Below are positions 24,718 to 38,247 of a stretch of 64,000 nucleotides of DNA, one piece after another. A model generated the notes under the pieces. That model made no database searches and was not told the origin of the DNA. It was given only the letters and a program-made list of their open reading frames with translations. Every line of letters begins with the position of its first letter. Within the stretch, counting starts at the first letter, position 1. Origin of the DNA: Enoplolaimus lenunculus (lineage: Eukaryota); the NCBI GenBank assembly GCA_030248215.1, contig JASANG010001402.1, forward strand, positions 310,001-374,000. The letters are read 5' to 3'. The position numbers were made by a program, and so were the translations under genes.

Positions 24718-24981
24718 CCCTTTCTCACATGAATATTTTCAATTTCGTTTAAGATGTAATTTCAAGGTAAGTTTCGATCCCCAGTCTCACGGGTGGGAGG
24801 CGTTTATGATGACCACTGAGCTATAGGAGCTTGACGCTCGAGCCCGAGTAGGCTCTCACGTTTTGTGGAGATTTTGCACTGCGCATATATGTTATAAATG
24901 TTTAAACACTCCTCAAAGTGTGTGCATTGCTCTGACATTATTGTAGTTAGTTGCTCATAGTATACTCTATGACTGACAGGG
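24718..24981 (-). mobile_element. piggyBac-like MITE containing a tRNA-like segment
   Basis: ctaa-CCCTTTC ... AGGG-ttaa; the minus strand has A box tagctcagtgg and a B-box-like gatcgaaac. Confidence 0.75.
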
Positions 24982-26400
24982 TTAAATCGAGACCGTAGCC
25001 AAGGGGCCAGGTGGGCTCAGCCTCCTCCCCTTCTGAAAAATTGTTGCCCTAAGCAACGTGAGCTGGCTGCAGGCCTGAGTTAAATCTGATACTGTGCAAA
25101 TCCCTATGCCTGAACGTTGCCTTGACCATAACCTCAGCTTTGGATTTTGAAATAATTTATTTTTATATTCGAATGGGTCAAGAAAGTACGTGTCTCTAGC
25201 TGCCGTTGAGTTCGATCCTAACCTAAACTCAAGATCTAAACGCTAAAGTTGAAAACTGTGCATAAATCGTTGTTCTGATGCGCTCAGCAGCATACTACCA
25301 GCTACCTGATTTTATTTCCTAAACCTAAAGTATATCAGCGTTCAAGTGTTAGGCTATTGAAGTTAACAGCCTGTGTCTTCGCCTAAATCAACGCAAGAAG
25401 TCAGATTTTAGGGTGAAGCCAACATCAAAGCTTTCAGCTTAAGCTGAATGCTATAGAATCTAGTGCAGTGACTGATCCAGAATTGATTATATCCAATGGC
25501 GGATCCACAAATTTTTGTTGAGGGGATGCACGAGTAAAAAAATGTTAAGTTTTGGCACATGTGCATACGTATTTTTTATGCTTTAAAAACAGCCACAAGT
25601 CATACACGCACACACTGGTCCATGTATAGAACAGGTCCATCCCAATTTCCTGAGTAATATTCCAATTTTCCAAAGTTCTAATTTTCCCGGGTAATATCCC
25701 AATTTTCCGTAACCTTAGGCTATTCAGAAGCTTAGGTTTAGACTCAGGTTTAGGCTTAATCTTGAGCCTACGCTGTAGGTAAAGTTTAGGTGTAGGCTTA
25801 GGTTCGCGCATAGGCTAGAGTTCATAGGCAGACGGATGTAAAGGGGGCAACCCCTCTGTAACCAAATTGGCACTGTTTACTCCCCCCACACGTGAGAAAC
25901 TTGCTAGCAGGGCCGGAGGAGACAGGGGTGGGGGCTCCCCACAAACTCGCGAGCGAAGCGAGCCAGAAGCCAGACGCATTTTAAAACTTGTCAGTAAGCG
26001 CATAGAAAATTACTTGTGCTGAGTTTCGAGGTGAAGTCAATAAACAACTATGAAATTTTGAGATATCGGAACAACCATTGGCATTGTTAGTTTAATTTCA
26101 ACCATGAAAAATTTACACTCGCAGCCGGTAGGGGGATGCATCCCCCCAGATTCGCCCTTGCTTAAAACCGCGAGATTTAATAGTAAAGAAAACTCACGAA
26201 CGAAGCGAGCGAGAAGTCGCATCTTATTTTGTTGCTAAACATTATTACAAAATCTTGGATTTGATCCCTCTAAGGATGCCTAAACCAGGGTGGCCCCCGC
26301 TTGGATGCGTCAGTGATCTGACGAACCCTATTACTCATTGTGAGCCTGACATTTTTCAGACTGCCTTTTGCTGAACGTTAACCTTTCGCCTAAAACTTAC

Positions 26401-26482
26401 CCGATTTGCCAGATCCGTTTGCGCCCAGTATGGCGATGTGCATTTCTGGCAAATTCGCTTTCCAATATTTATTGTTTCTCAT
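26401..26482 (-). CDS. RASL12: RASL12-like GTPase, exon 1 (P-loop)
   Basis: MRNNKYWKANLPEMHIAILGANGSGKS then G|gtaagt; the phase-1 join gives GKSALTVK. Full product is 387 aa. Confidence 0.9.
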
Positions 26483-29400
26483 TTTGTTTCTGGTTTAAAA
26501 TTAAATTAATATTAAAGAATATGTGTTAAGATCACAAATTTAAATGAAAACTAACGAAAAATATGTTTCAAATTTCCGACGGTAACAAACGATATGCAAG
26601 CCACCGGCCAGGGGGTAGGCAGAATTTTACTGGAGGCAAAAGTAAAACTAGAGTAAAAACTGAAACAATTCAAAATGTTGGTCTATATCAAGATATGGGC
26701 CCGTATTCTTAAATACGTGTAGCATCTATCATCAGTTGGTGATAGGTCTTGTAACTTTCAAGCCAGTGAATGTTGACGATTAAAATTCAGCACAGTTTTC
26801 GCATATGATTTACTCTACTTTTGTATCAATGTTGAGTTCACTATTAAGTGCAATACTTAGTGAGTTTGAAAACCTATTACTAACTGATGATAGTTGCTAT
26901 TATTCCTAAGACTAAGCCTAACCCTAGCCCTAAGCAAAAAATTAGTCTAAAGCTTAAACTGAATCTATTATAGCCCCTCCGGAAAACGGTCCGGCCCTGT
27001 TCTATACATGAGCCTAGGTCTGAGTGACCCATTTTGATTCAGCCAGCGGTTTCAATCTTCAAACCGTAGTATTCCTTTGGAGTCACAACCCTAATAAAAG
27101 ACGTTCTCACTTTGCAACCGGCCTATACCTGGGCATTTGTTGTGTCACGAGACAAAAATTGAAAAACCGTTTTTCGATGATATATTAATCATTCAATAAA
27201 TGCCAAACTTAACCCGAAAAAACTGCCCCTGAACTTCAAAGACAAGATCAAACGGAAGCATATGACCCCCATGCGAGGTTGTCCAGAGAGTTCAGACGGG
27301 GTCATGCCCTACCCCCAACATAAAATCATATTTGTAAGTCAGTGACATAGGGTTTAAATGAAGCATTGTTAACAACATTCAGATTTAATTTCAGACAAAC
27401 AAGTATTTCAATCGGGGGGTTTTTTCAAAGCCTACGCCCAATTCCCAGGTTGCTGGTACTGAGTTGCGATAGCAGGAGTTGAGCACCCATTAAAACCGCA
27501 GTCTCTAGCGAGTCCGCGATGATTAATAACTCAATTTTGCTTGTGTATTTTTTACATTTTGCGAAAAAATGCACCAAAGCAGCATAAAAACAGTACCAAC
27601 TTTGGTTTGAATGAAAGCTACGAACTTTTTTTAAGTTAAGCTGTGTGTTCAGAAAGACAAGGAATTCGAAACATTTAGCCAATATATAAAACAGGGCCGT
27701 AACAGAATAGTATAGCATATTCCTAAGCCTAAGCCTAAGCGTAAAAATGAGCTTACACTTCAGTCTACGCCTAGAAAGGCAAGAAATTTGAACAATTTAA
27801 CCAATGTACAGATCAGGGTCATACCAAAGTAGTATAAACATATTCCTAAGCCTAAGCCTAAACGTAAAAATGAGCCTACACCTCAGAATAGGACTAAACC
27901 TAAGCCTGACCCTACGCCTAAGCAAAAAATAGTGTAAAGCTTAAACTTGACTCAATTGCAGTTCCACAGATAAACGTTCCACCGCCTAATCTTTCACAAG
28001 GGCCTGAAATGTGAATAATTTTTCGTTTGAAACGACTTTCAAAAATGTATTATGCAAAATGCATATTTTTACAGCTGGAAACTGTCAAGTTGTTAACAGA
28101 GTCAACATTTTGCGTCAATCACGGCTTAAAGTAAACAAGTAAACTTTCGGGTTTTCGTATAAATATAACACGAATCACTTTTACATTTAGAAAAATGATA
28201 TACGAAGCGTAGCCAAATTTCTATTTCGCACGGGTGTGAATACCACGTACAGTGCAAGCTTTGTTTTTGAACAAACAAGCCAAGAGTGGCTGACTATATT
28301 TAGTATATTACGGATTAACAGTTGCGGTATACCCACCTTGGTCTAATTAAAATTGTAGTCTCATGGTGCCTCCTTAATATATAAAGCAAAGCTGCTACTT
28401 TCTTGTTATGACCATGGCTCACATTTGGAATCTATCCGTTTTTGCTCACAAATTTATATATTTGCTGAAGTCGACAAATTAAGTAATAACTTATGTATAA
28501 CATAACTAAATATCGTAAGTAAGGTTTCAGAAACCCGGCCAAGGTCGCATAACTTTTGAATAGTATATAAGTTTAAAAGTAATAAACGAAAAGAATTTTG
28601 CTGCCCGCTATCAGCTACCTTTAAAACTTATTAGATGGAAAAACGAGCTTCAGCCGAGCGAGAGGTGCCCCCGAGTCCGGAGCGGGTCGCCCAGCGTCAA
28701 CACCTTTAGGGCTAACGCGATTGCCGCCAGCTGTTGTGTGAAACACACTCGCGACTGGGTTAGCCTTCACCCTGCCGCCTTTGACTAAGACTGCTAAACA
28801 CCTAACCATCCAGCTTACACCTAACCAACCAGCTCCGTAGAATAGGGAACTCGGGACAGGCACAACTGCATCCGTAGATAGTGCACTTTTTTCATGAGAG
28901 AGTTGTATTGCTCAAATTGCAATCCATGGAATTGCAAATATTAACCATAGCGGTGCCACAGCATAAATAGTGGTAATATAGGCCTCTCTTGGAGGTTCTT
29001 AGAACAATGAAAAATTAGAAACTGTTATAAGCTTTAAAATTTTACTCAACAGCCGAGCAGGGCTTAAAACTTGTCTCAGTTGAAACGTGTATTTCGTTGG
29101 AGTTCGTCGAAACTATCCAATCAAAAAATGTTTTACCATTTTTCCCTATAAGCAATGTACAACTATACACTTGCAGCCAGATTGGTTGGTAGATCCACAG
29201 AGCCTAAATTTGATATTAAATTTTAGTGCTTACAATGAAAACATCGAATTAACAGCAAGAATGTAAGCCTAAGCCTAAGGTTAAGGTTATTCATTTCAGT
29301 AGAAAACTTATGATGTTCTTTGGTGTTATATGACAGAACCCCGCATGATCAACCATTGACTTATCCTTTACACTAAAGTTTAGGTTTAAACTTAGGAATA

Positions 29401-30269
29401 AGAATAAGCTTAATATAATGGTACCCCGTATACGTAACATCCATAAATCCCATGCTATTCCTTAGCTAATCGGGCCACGCAAGGGAGGGCAGGATTTGCC
29501 CAGCCTTCCAGGAAAAGCTTTGTCCGTTCCGATACCATTGTCAACCATGCTTGTAAGTCAACGAAAACCTTTGTATGCTCCTCGTGAAAAATGTTTAGCC
29601 TACACCACCAAAATAAGCGGGCTACATGCCTGCTGCCAATGCCTTAATTGCGCTTTCTGTACTCTGTCTAGTCTCTAAGAGCTAAAGCCTAAGCCTAAAC
29701 CTAAAATCACGATCTGGTATTCAGTGCCAAATTTCACCACAAAAACGTCTCTTAAAGGTATATAAAACTTTACAGATCAATGGCACATAAATGCATTAAT
29801 TTGCACAAAGTCGGTGTCATACCTCCCTCGAAACCCATATTATAATGACAATGTTCCTTGAAATTTAACAAACCTCGAAACGTCTTCCCCCATAATAATT
29901 GACACATTCGAAACTTAAACTGGTTTACGTTTAAAAGCAAGACAAATGCTGTGAACCCTGTTTCCGAGGTTTGGCCCCTAACCCTGTTCCCGAGATTTGG
30001 CCCTTTTTAGGGTTGAGAATATATCTCTGTCATATATGTGTATGTATCTATAGCGGACCAGAAATACGGGTACATTTTGAAATTTAGGTACGAATAAATA
30101 GCGTATAAAGGCTGCGAGCCTTACAATACAAACCAGGGTAGTTTTTCCGGAAAAAACTATGATTTTAAAAAATGATATTTTTTCATTTTTGTCGGAAAAA
30201 AATGAAAACAATTGCACCGTTGAGTGTATTTTTCGCGTTAATATTCCCTAGTATGCTTAGAGGTAATAA

Positions 30270-30502
30270 GGCCAATGCAAAGAACAGGGGCGGAACAGTT
30301 TAATATACTTTTTCCTAAGCCTAAAATCCTAAGCCTAAGCTTAAGCTTAAGCCTAAGCTTAAGCGTAAGCGTAAGAATGAGTTTATTCCTAAGCCTAAGT
30401 GTAAGCTTAAGCCAAAGCTAGGCAAAAAATTAGTCTAAAGCTTAAGCTTATTCTATTCTAAACCCACAGAAAAACGTTCCGTCCCTGATCTTTAAATGGA
30501 CC
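30270..30502 (-). mobile_element. TTAGGC-carrying MITE, subtype A
   Basis: Perfect TSD GGTAATAA. Confidence 0.9.
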
Positions 30503-33024
30503 GGTAATAAATGTAACTCAAAATGATTGTATTTAGTGAAAATGTCGATATTTTAAGGTCTCAAGGCCCCCATAAGACCAAAATTATTTCGTTGTAAAGT
30601 TAGAAAAATTATATATCATCCATTTATATATTCATATGCAACAATTCCGGTAAATGAGTCCTGGTGGACATACACACGGTCACTGTTATACTGTGTTGCA
30701 TGTAAATTAGTTGCAGATTTAGTTACAAGATACACTTAAAGAACGTTTTAGCTTCGGTTTTTTCATTTTCGCTCAATTTTCCGTCCACTTTGTACTATTT
30801 TACGGTTAGAATAAATGAAAATATTCTGAAACTGTTGTGAAAGTTTTAATTTGAAGTTCTCGCTATAGTGTGTGCTTCATTGAAAGACTAAATTGTCTTA
30901 AAACTGAGTATATTTCGATAGGCCCATATAAAAACAAAGGCGGTGAGTTTTTCCTTAGAACTACAGTAGAGTATAAGTTTACGGTTTAGACTAATTTTTG
31001 CTAAGGTTAAAGGCTTAAGGCTTAGGTATATGTTCAGGTTCACGCTTTAGACTTCGGTTTGGGAATAAGCTTTATATCGGTTACTGCCATGTTCTATACA
31101 TTGGCCATACAGATTATTTTCACGCAAATTAAACGTAAATCAACACAGGAAAATTGAACGTGGACCATCGGAATAGCAACAGTAAACTATTATGTGCATT
31201 ATTTATGCGCTTGCGGCAGGTTCGTAGTCAGGTCACCTTGCTAAAGAGGGATGCTTAAACATTTTTCAGGAGGGATATACAAGGGTTTTTGATGACTTAC
31301 AAGCACGGCAGAAAATTTTCTAGGTGGTGGAGGCAAAATTTTTGCCATGGGACGCTGAGCCACAGTCCCTGTCGGGCTACGAGCTATGCTTTAATACGAC
31401 AGGGACATACATGGCAATCGAATCCATATTGTAATTTCTTTGAAATATATTCAAAATATACGATGATTCTAGTGTAAACTCATTTTTAAGAGCGCTACTT
31501 GGTTTTTGAATCAATCATATCGGGACTAAGAGGACGATTATGCCGTAGGCTTAAGACCTTAATTAACCTGACCAGTGTATAGACCGAGGGTGAACCGTTT
31601 TTCCGCGAGACTGCAATACAATAAAGTTTAAGCTTTAGACTAACTTTTTGTTTACGCTTACGCTTACGCTTAGGCTATGCTTAGACTTATGAATGTGCTT
31701 ATTCTACTATTACGACCCTGTTCTTTGCATTAGCCGCTAACCTTTAGGCGTAGGATTAGCCATGTAATTGCTGACTTAGATTTTTACGATTAACTTCATA
31801 TATAGCATGCTAACGCTTTCAAACTAAATGTATCGGATATGCTACGGCCTAAGACCCAAAGCCTTCGAAAATTGGCTGTCTACTAGAAAACGTCAATTTC
31901 TATACTCCAACCAGCTTCATCTTAGGAGTAAATTCTATTGTATTTTTGGCGTAGTTTTTCATCTACAGACCCGTAGTAGCTAGCTCACCTTGCTAGGAAA
32001 CGCTGAAAAATATTTTCAGGAGGGGCATATAAGGGTTTTTGTTGAATTTTAAGTATTATTAAAATAGGAGGTGCCAAAATTCTTACGCATCTATTTCGAT
32101 TAGCTCACAATCTAACTATTAATACAGAACGTTTCTTCAGAGTTAACCATTCGATTGCTGCAACAAATTAGTAAAAATATACAAAAAAATTAGACGTCCG
32201 GACCAGTTTCTTCCTTCCGCTGTTTCGGCCAATGTAAAGAACAGGAGCGGAACAGTATTATAAGCATATTTGTAAGCATATTCCTAAACCTAAGTCTAAG
32301 CTGAGCGTAAGAATAAGTTTATTCCTCCTAAGCCTGTGAGCGAAGCAAAAAAATAGTCTAACACTTAAGCTTACTCTATTCTAGTCCCACAGAAAAACTC
32401 TCCGCCCCTGATCTTTACATGGGCCGCTTTTACATAAGATGGAAGCAGGTCAGCCCGTGGCCGCTCGACCCCATATCGCCCCACGAAAAATTTTTTCATG
32501 CCGCTCCATGGGGCCTTCATAGGGTGGGGACCCAGGCTCGAGTTCCATTGTTGCGCTGTAGTCAAATGATAGTGGGGCAACGTTGGTAAAAATCCTTTCT
32601 CACTTCACAGATACCCTATGTTTTAAATTTACAACACACCAAGATGTCATACCATTGGAGGTCAAATGTGGTGAAAAAAAACTTGTATATCAATCAAACT
32701 CGGGACCAAAAATACGTTTAACTGGCAAACTGGTTCTCAAAATATTGGTTTCTGGTTCAGTTGCCTGGTTTATGACCAATTTTAGGGGTGCAAGCGGAGG
32801 TGAAAAAACCAGAGCCGGTGCCTGAGCCGAAAGTCGGCAAAATTAGCCTGAGTCGGAGACCGACTAAATTTGCCTTAGCCGGAGTAGAGGCTGTAGCAAA
32901 GTCAAGCGGCTACAATTACATAAATTCTTAAAATATTTATATTTTAATATTAACTTTAAGGTTTTGTGAAAAAAATTGCTTCGATCATCTTTCTTGATAT
33001 TTAATCTAGACAATTTGAAGTTTG

Positions 33025-33220
33025 AGCCTATGTAAAGATGAGGGGCGGAACGTTTTTCTGTGGGACTGCAATAGAGTAAGCTTAAAGTTTGGACTAATTT
33101 TTTGCCTAGTTTTGACTTAGGCTCAGACTTAGACTTAGGAATATGCTCATTCTTACGCTTAGGCTTAGGCTTAGTAATATGCTTATAATACTGTTCCGCC
33201 GCCTGTTCTTTACATTGGCC
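33025..33220 (+). mobile_element. TTAGGC-carrying MITE, subtype A
   Basis: TSD gaagtttg/gaagttcg. Confidence 0.85.
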
Positions 33221-34024
33221 GAAGTTCGGAACTTCATATAGAAAATTAGAAAACGACTCACTAAAACGACAACAGTTTTTCTCAAAATGCAAAAGCTTTT
33301 TAGCACAGAGATTTGCATGCGTGTACAAATTGCCCGTATTGTTAGGGTATATTCGATGCATTGATCCTAAAATGTTTCGTTAATAAAAGTGAAAGACCGA
33401 ACAATTGCACCAAAAATGAGTGCACAAATTATCACTGGTTCAGTTGAATGCCGTTGCCAACTTCTTTGAAGTTCGGGCCAATGTAAAGAGCAGGGGCGGA
33501 ACTGTATTATATGCATATTCTTAAGCCTAAGCCTAATCCTAAGCCTATTAAACCTGAGCGTAAGAATCAGCATTTTCCTAAGCCTAAGCCTAAGCCTAAG
33601 CTTATTCCAAGCAAAACAATTAGTCTAAAGCTTAGTCTTACTCTATTGCAGTCCAACAGAAAAACGCTCCGACCCTGATCTTTACATGGGCCAAAGTGGC
33701 CCGCCCAGGCTCCATTAACAGAGGTCAAAACTAAAATTGTTCCTTTGTACAAGAATTGCGTTTGGCTTTTCGCTCGCTTAGCTTACGATACTTTTTCAAA
33801 AATTATATTCAGCATGGCTTCTATCAGAAATTTTGGATCCGCTACATCGCTATTAAGCTTATTTGTTACGTTTTCAAATTCGATGTGTCTTAATCAAGGG
33901 CGTCGCCACGCGGGACATTTTGGAGTCGTACCTCCCCAAATATGGCTGGTTACCTCAACCCAAATAGGCTCGGTTTAAGAGTAAACAATTTTGAATTGCA
34001 ATTGGAGGTCTCCCAAAATTATTC

Positions 34025-34190
34025 GGCCCATGTATAGAACAGGGCCGGAACAGTAGTATAAACATACTCCTAAGCCGAAGCCTAAGCCTAAGCCTAAGCT
34101 TAAGCCTAAGCAAAAAATTATTCTAAAGCTTAAACTGACTCTATTATAGCCCCTCTGGAAAACGATCCGGCCCTGTTCTATACATGGGTC
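34025..34190 (-). mobile_element. TTAGGC-carrying MITE, subtype B
   Basis: TIR ggcccatgtatagaacagggccgga; TSD aattattc/aattactc. Confidence 0.88.
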
Positions 34191-34348
34191 AATTACTCAG
34201 TAGGCACCCCACCAAATATAATTTTCAGCGAACGCCCCTAATATAAGTTCAATATATTCTTCATAAAAAACAGCGAATCCTAGCAAACTTCTAGTGAGTG
34301 ATATCAAAAATAGACGGTTAATTTTATGACCCAAACTAAATGGCAACA

Positions 34349-36223
34349 TCAGATAGTTGATTTCTGACTACCCAAATCCGCTTCGTGTTCCAATTGCTCG
34401 TCGTTAGACCACAAAACGAGCCTTTTCCAAGCTGCAGCAACCATTGCTAACCCTGCTGTCAAAATCATCACCCCCACTAGCCATGTTATTTTCGGTCCTT
34501 GATATGTAAATAACCAGCTAACTACAGTTGGACTTATTGTCAAAGCGGCTTGTCCTGCGCCAACAAACACACCATGAAGACATCCTTGCTTGCGTGGTCC
34601 GAGTACTTTTGAAAATAATACAGTAACAGGCAAGTAACCCACTGAAAACGCAACCATCAAGCTCATACACGCAATCACGTACTCTGGCAATCCGATCCGT
34701 GTAGTAGACGAACACCAGTCGTAGCGACATGAATAGGTTACTTCAGAAAATGATGATCCATCTTGAGAACTTGTGATATTCAGTGCACTGCGCGTTGAAA
34801 CGTTGCTGCCAATCGGATTTATTGTAGTTGAAAGCGTTGATAAGTTCGAAATTTGATCATACGCCACAGCGGTGTTGTTACCCGACAACGTATCATTCTG
34901 ACCTTCAAACGACAGGAGCGGCGGCAGCCAAGGCCACGAAAATGTAAGCAAAAAATACAACATAAACGCCATTATTCCTGCGATGATAAGTGTGCGTTCT
35001 TGGACGCGATCCATCAAATAAATCCCAGTAAATAAAACGCAAACCAGTTCAAAACAGCCACTGCCGACCCAGATCAATCCGTTGTTAGAGACTGCGTCTG
35101 ACGTTGTCCAATCGAACATAATCATAGTAAACGGTGAGCCAACGGTGACGTCATAATTGTAGCAAAATTCTAAAATAAAATTGACAATTATTAGTACAGT
35201 CACACAAATCGTATCGTTGCTCTTGAGCGATTCGGTATTCTTCGCATCGAACAGCGTCCGATGAATTGCAGTCGCCAGTTTTGACGTCAATTTCGCGGTT
35301 CCATACAAAGTATTTAATCCAGGAACACGGTTTGCTATCAATTTAGCGGTGCTACAATGATATTGCTGGCTTTCGCTAACGCTATTTATGGCGTTGAAAT
35401 CGGCTGTTTTCTTTGATGTTTGAAGTTGTAGACGACGGTGAATGCGATTGTTCGATCGAAATTGTCGTTTATCAACTGAAATCCAACATTCCTGAAACAT
35501 TGTATACAATAGCAGCAGCTGAACGCCGCCAAGCAGTATACTCAAATACGCCGGCGCTGTGTACATGTTGAAATGGACCGGTCCATATGAATACGCCGGA
35601 TACCCTAAAGGGACGAATATAACTGTGACGACGGGCCCGATAGCTAAGGCGAGAATACAACTGACCGAGCGATACATCATTGCTTTGTTGCGTTCGTTTA
35701 GTTTCGATGCCATCGCGATGTAGGCGAACAGTGAGCTCATATTTCCTAACCCGAAACCAGAGATCGCTCGAGCGACCAGCATAACCCATCGTCTTGCGTT
35801 TGGAGGCGCAGCGTCAACAAATGCGAGCCCAACGTTTCCCAGCATCGTTGCAACGATTCCAGCAACGATGGGCAGCCGAGTCTGTTCGATCCAATTTGAC
35901 CATGCGCCGAACACCGGAGCTGAAATTGTGCTCGCAAGATTAAAGCTCATCACAATTAAGCCGAAAAATTCTTCGCTTGCATACGGGTCAATTTCGAGCA
36001 GATACGGCCAAAGTGAAGTTAAGTAGATGTACAATTGAAGAACAACTAGAAAATTAATGACAAAAGTGACAATCAGCGACGTCCATCGACTCCGATGCTC
36101 AGCTTGCGATTCAGAGTCGTCGCCACTGCGGTCAGATACTCCAATAAGTCTGCTGTCGTAGTTGTTGTCGCAGCCAGACCCTGGTATTGCAACTTCTGTA
36201 AGTTGATCCTGAGGCAACATCAT
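34349..36223 (-). CDS. MFSD8: MFSD8/CLN7-like major facilitator superfamily transporter, paralogue 1 (intronless)
   Basis: 624-aa ORF with about 12 hydrophobic helices; family motifs SLWPYL..ID, SP.FG.WSN-like APVFGAWSN, FNMYTAPAY, LFSKVLGPRKQG. Confidence 0.9.
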   Translation of the reverse strand: MMLPQDQLTEVAIPGSGCDNNYDSRLIGVSDRSGDDSESQAEHRSRWTSLIVTFVINFLVVLQLYIYLTSLWPYLLEIDPYASEEFFGLIVMSFNLASTISAPVFGAWSNWIEQTRLPIVAGIVATMLGNVGLAFVDAAPPNARRWVMLVARAISGFGLGNMSSLFAYIAMASKLNERNKAMMYRSVSCILALAIGPVVTVIFVPLGYPAYSYGPVHFNMYTAPAYLSILLGGVQLLLLYTMFQECWISVDKRQFRSNNRIHRRLQLQTSKKTADFNAINSVSESQQYHCSTAKLIANRVPGLNTLYGTAKLTSKLATAIHRTLFDAKNTESLKSNDTICVTVLIIVNFILEFCYNYDVTVGSPFTMIMFDWTTSDAVSNNGLIWVGSGCFELVCVLFTGIYLMDRVQERTLIIAGIMAFMLYFLLTFSWPWLPPLLSFEGQNDTLSGNNTAVAYDQISNLSTLSTTINPIGSNVSTRSALNITSSQDGSSFSEVTYSCRYDWCSSTTRIGLPEYVIACMSLMVAFSVGYLPVTVLFSKVLGPRKQGCLHGVFVGAGQAALTISPTVVSWLFTYQGPKITWLVGVMILTAGLAMVAAAWKRLVLWSNDEQLEHEADLGSQKSTI

Positions 36224-36834
36224 TCTTGAACGAATAACTTGGTTTACGTTTTTCCTAATATTTGAATATGAATTTCAATGACCGATACGGTGCCTAAAAA
36301 TGTCAGCTTTTAATAAATTAAAAATGGAATACTTTACAACGTTGTCGATGCTGAAAAAATAGTCTACAGCTTAAACTTAAACTATTATAGGTCCGCGACA
36401 AAATACGGGTCTACCCTCAAAGTAACATGGGCTATGATTGCTCAGAGTAACGCTACCTTGCTCGCCTTTGGAGGCTTCTGTCGTTTTGAGTTACCAATCT
36501 GATTGACTCAACGAAACTTATATAATACACACCTGTAAAAAATTAATGACCAATGTAAAGAACAGGGGTGGAACAATATTATACGTCAATGAGGTTATTC
36601 CTACGCCTAAGCTTAAGCCTAAGTCTAAGCCTAAGCAAACATAATAGTCTAAAGCTTAAGCTTATTATATTCTAGTCCCACCGAACAACTCTCCACCCTT
36701 GATCTTTTATACACGGGTCGAATTAATTAAGATTGGGATAATTTTAGCGCTTTCACACGGTCTAGAATCATTGCCGAGTAATGAGCTATTTTAATCCCGT
36801 TAACACAGCATCGGTAAAACACCATGGGCGTCTC

Positions 36835-37045
36835 GGCCAATGTAAACAACAGTTGCGGAACAGTATCATAAGCATATTCCTACTAAGCCTAAACCTAAGC
36901 CTAGCTTAAACGTAAACGCAAGAATGAGCATATTCCTATGCCTAAGCCTAACCTAAGCTAAACAAAAAAATTAGTCCAAAACTTAAGCTTTAACTCTTTT
37001 ATAGTCTCACTGAAAAACGTTCCGCCCCTGATCTTTACATGAGCC
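36835..37045 (-). mobile_element. TTAGGC-carrying MITE, subtype A
   Basis: TSD ggcgtctc/agcgtctc; another copy lies just upstream at 36548-36719. Confidence 0.85.
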
Positions 37046-37320
37046 AGCGTCTCGATGAATCAAAATGGTCCTCAGCGAGTGTCAGTCACTGCCTAAAGTA
37101 GCAATCCCCTAACATAAGATCAAATCTAAAATTATGTGCCAAAAATTAGTACTAAAATAAGACAAATTGTACTTGGCACCACTTTGTTCGTTTCGGTCTC
37201 GAGTTTTTCAGAATTGTATATCGCACAGTCTCTTCCATTACAAATTTCTGGATCCGTCACTACCGACGGCAAGGTTTTAGACATAGGCAGACTGTCAACT
37301 TTTGATTGGGTTTACGCTTA

Positions 37321-37441
37321 GGGTTGCGCTATGGTCGCTGCGCATCGTCGGACACCGGTGCAAACGAGAGTTTGCCTACTTTTTTCATCACCGCATAGCG
37401 GCGTGTGGCGGCGTCCTGCACCGATGAGTATAGCGCAACCC
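37321..37441. mobile_element. PIF/Harbinger-like MITE
   Basis: tta-GGGTTGCGCTAT ... ATAGCGCAACCC-taa; relatives at about 628 and 3361-3576. Confidence 0.7.
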
Positions 37442-38247
37442 TAAAATTTTTGTATTAAAAATTGACGCTTTTCGCCGCGCGCTGCCGAACCTTTTTTATC
37501 AACTTAAATTTGAAAAACCTAATTTTGTAGTGTAAAAAATAATATATTCGTTAATTAATAACCATAAAATTGATTTACTACACGGCCAATGTTATATACT
37601 TTAAGGGGCGTAACAGTAGAAAAAGACTATATATATATTCCTAAGCGTAAGCCTAAGCGTTACCAAAATGTGTTCCTAAGCCTAAAACCTAAGACTAAAG
37701 CCTGAGCCTAAGCATAAAAAAGTGTAATCTATAATCTAAACTTATTGTTTTATACACCCATCAGAAACCTGGACGCCACTAAGAGTAACCTGAGCCTACT
37801 GCACAATGCGATTCAGAAGAAACGGCAACGTTTACGTTTTTGCACTGCACCCAGCAAAAACTTTGGTGTTTCAAAAATATATTCACGCTTTTAGTATATC
37901 TCGGGTGTCAAGTATTAAGTATACGTTTTTATTTCGTATTCTGCCCATGGCGAATGCCGTAAAAATACAGTCAAGTAAAAACAGTAGACAGAAAAAAATC
38001 AATAATATTGCAATAATTTATTTTGAAACTTTTTAATTTTTTTAGCTCGTATAACAAAAATAACGGATTAACATTGTGAAATTGGTATAGGCTGGATAAA
38101 TTTGTCCCATGGAAGCGTCGAGGATGCCTCGTTTGTTAATAGCGGGATGTAATAAAAGGCTTTTTTTGGCTTCGCTTAGGCTTAGGTTTAGTTTTCGAGA
38201 TATTATTTATGCAAAGGTTTTTTTGCTTTTTTCGGTATTAAACATAG

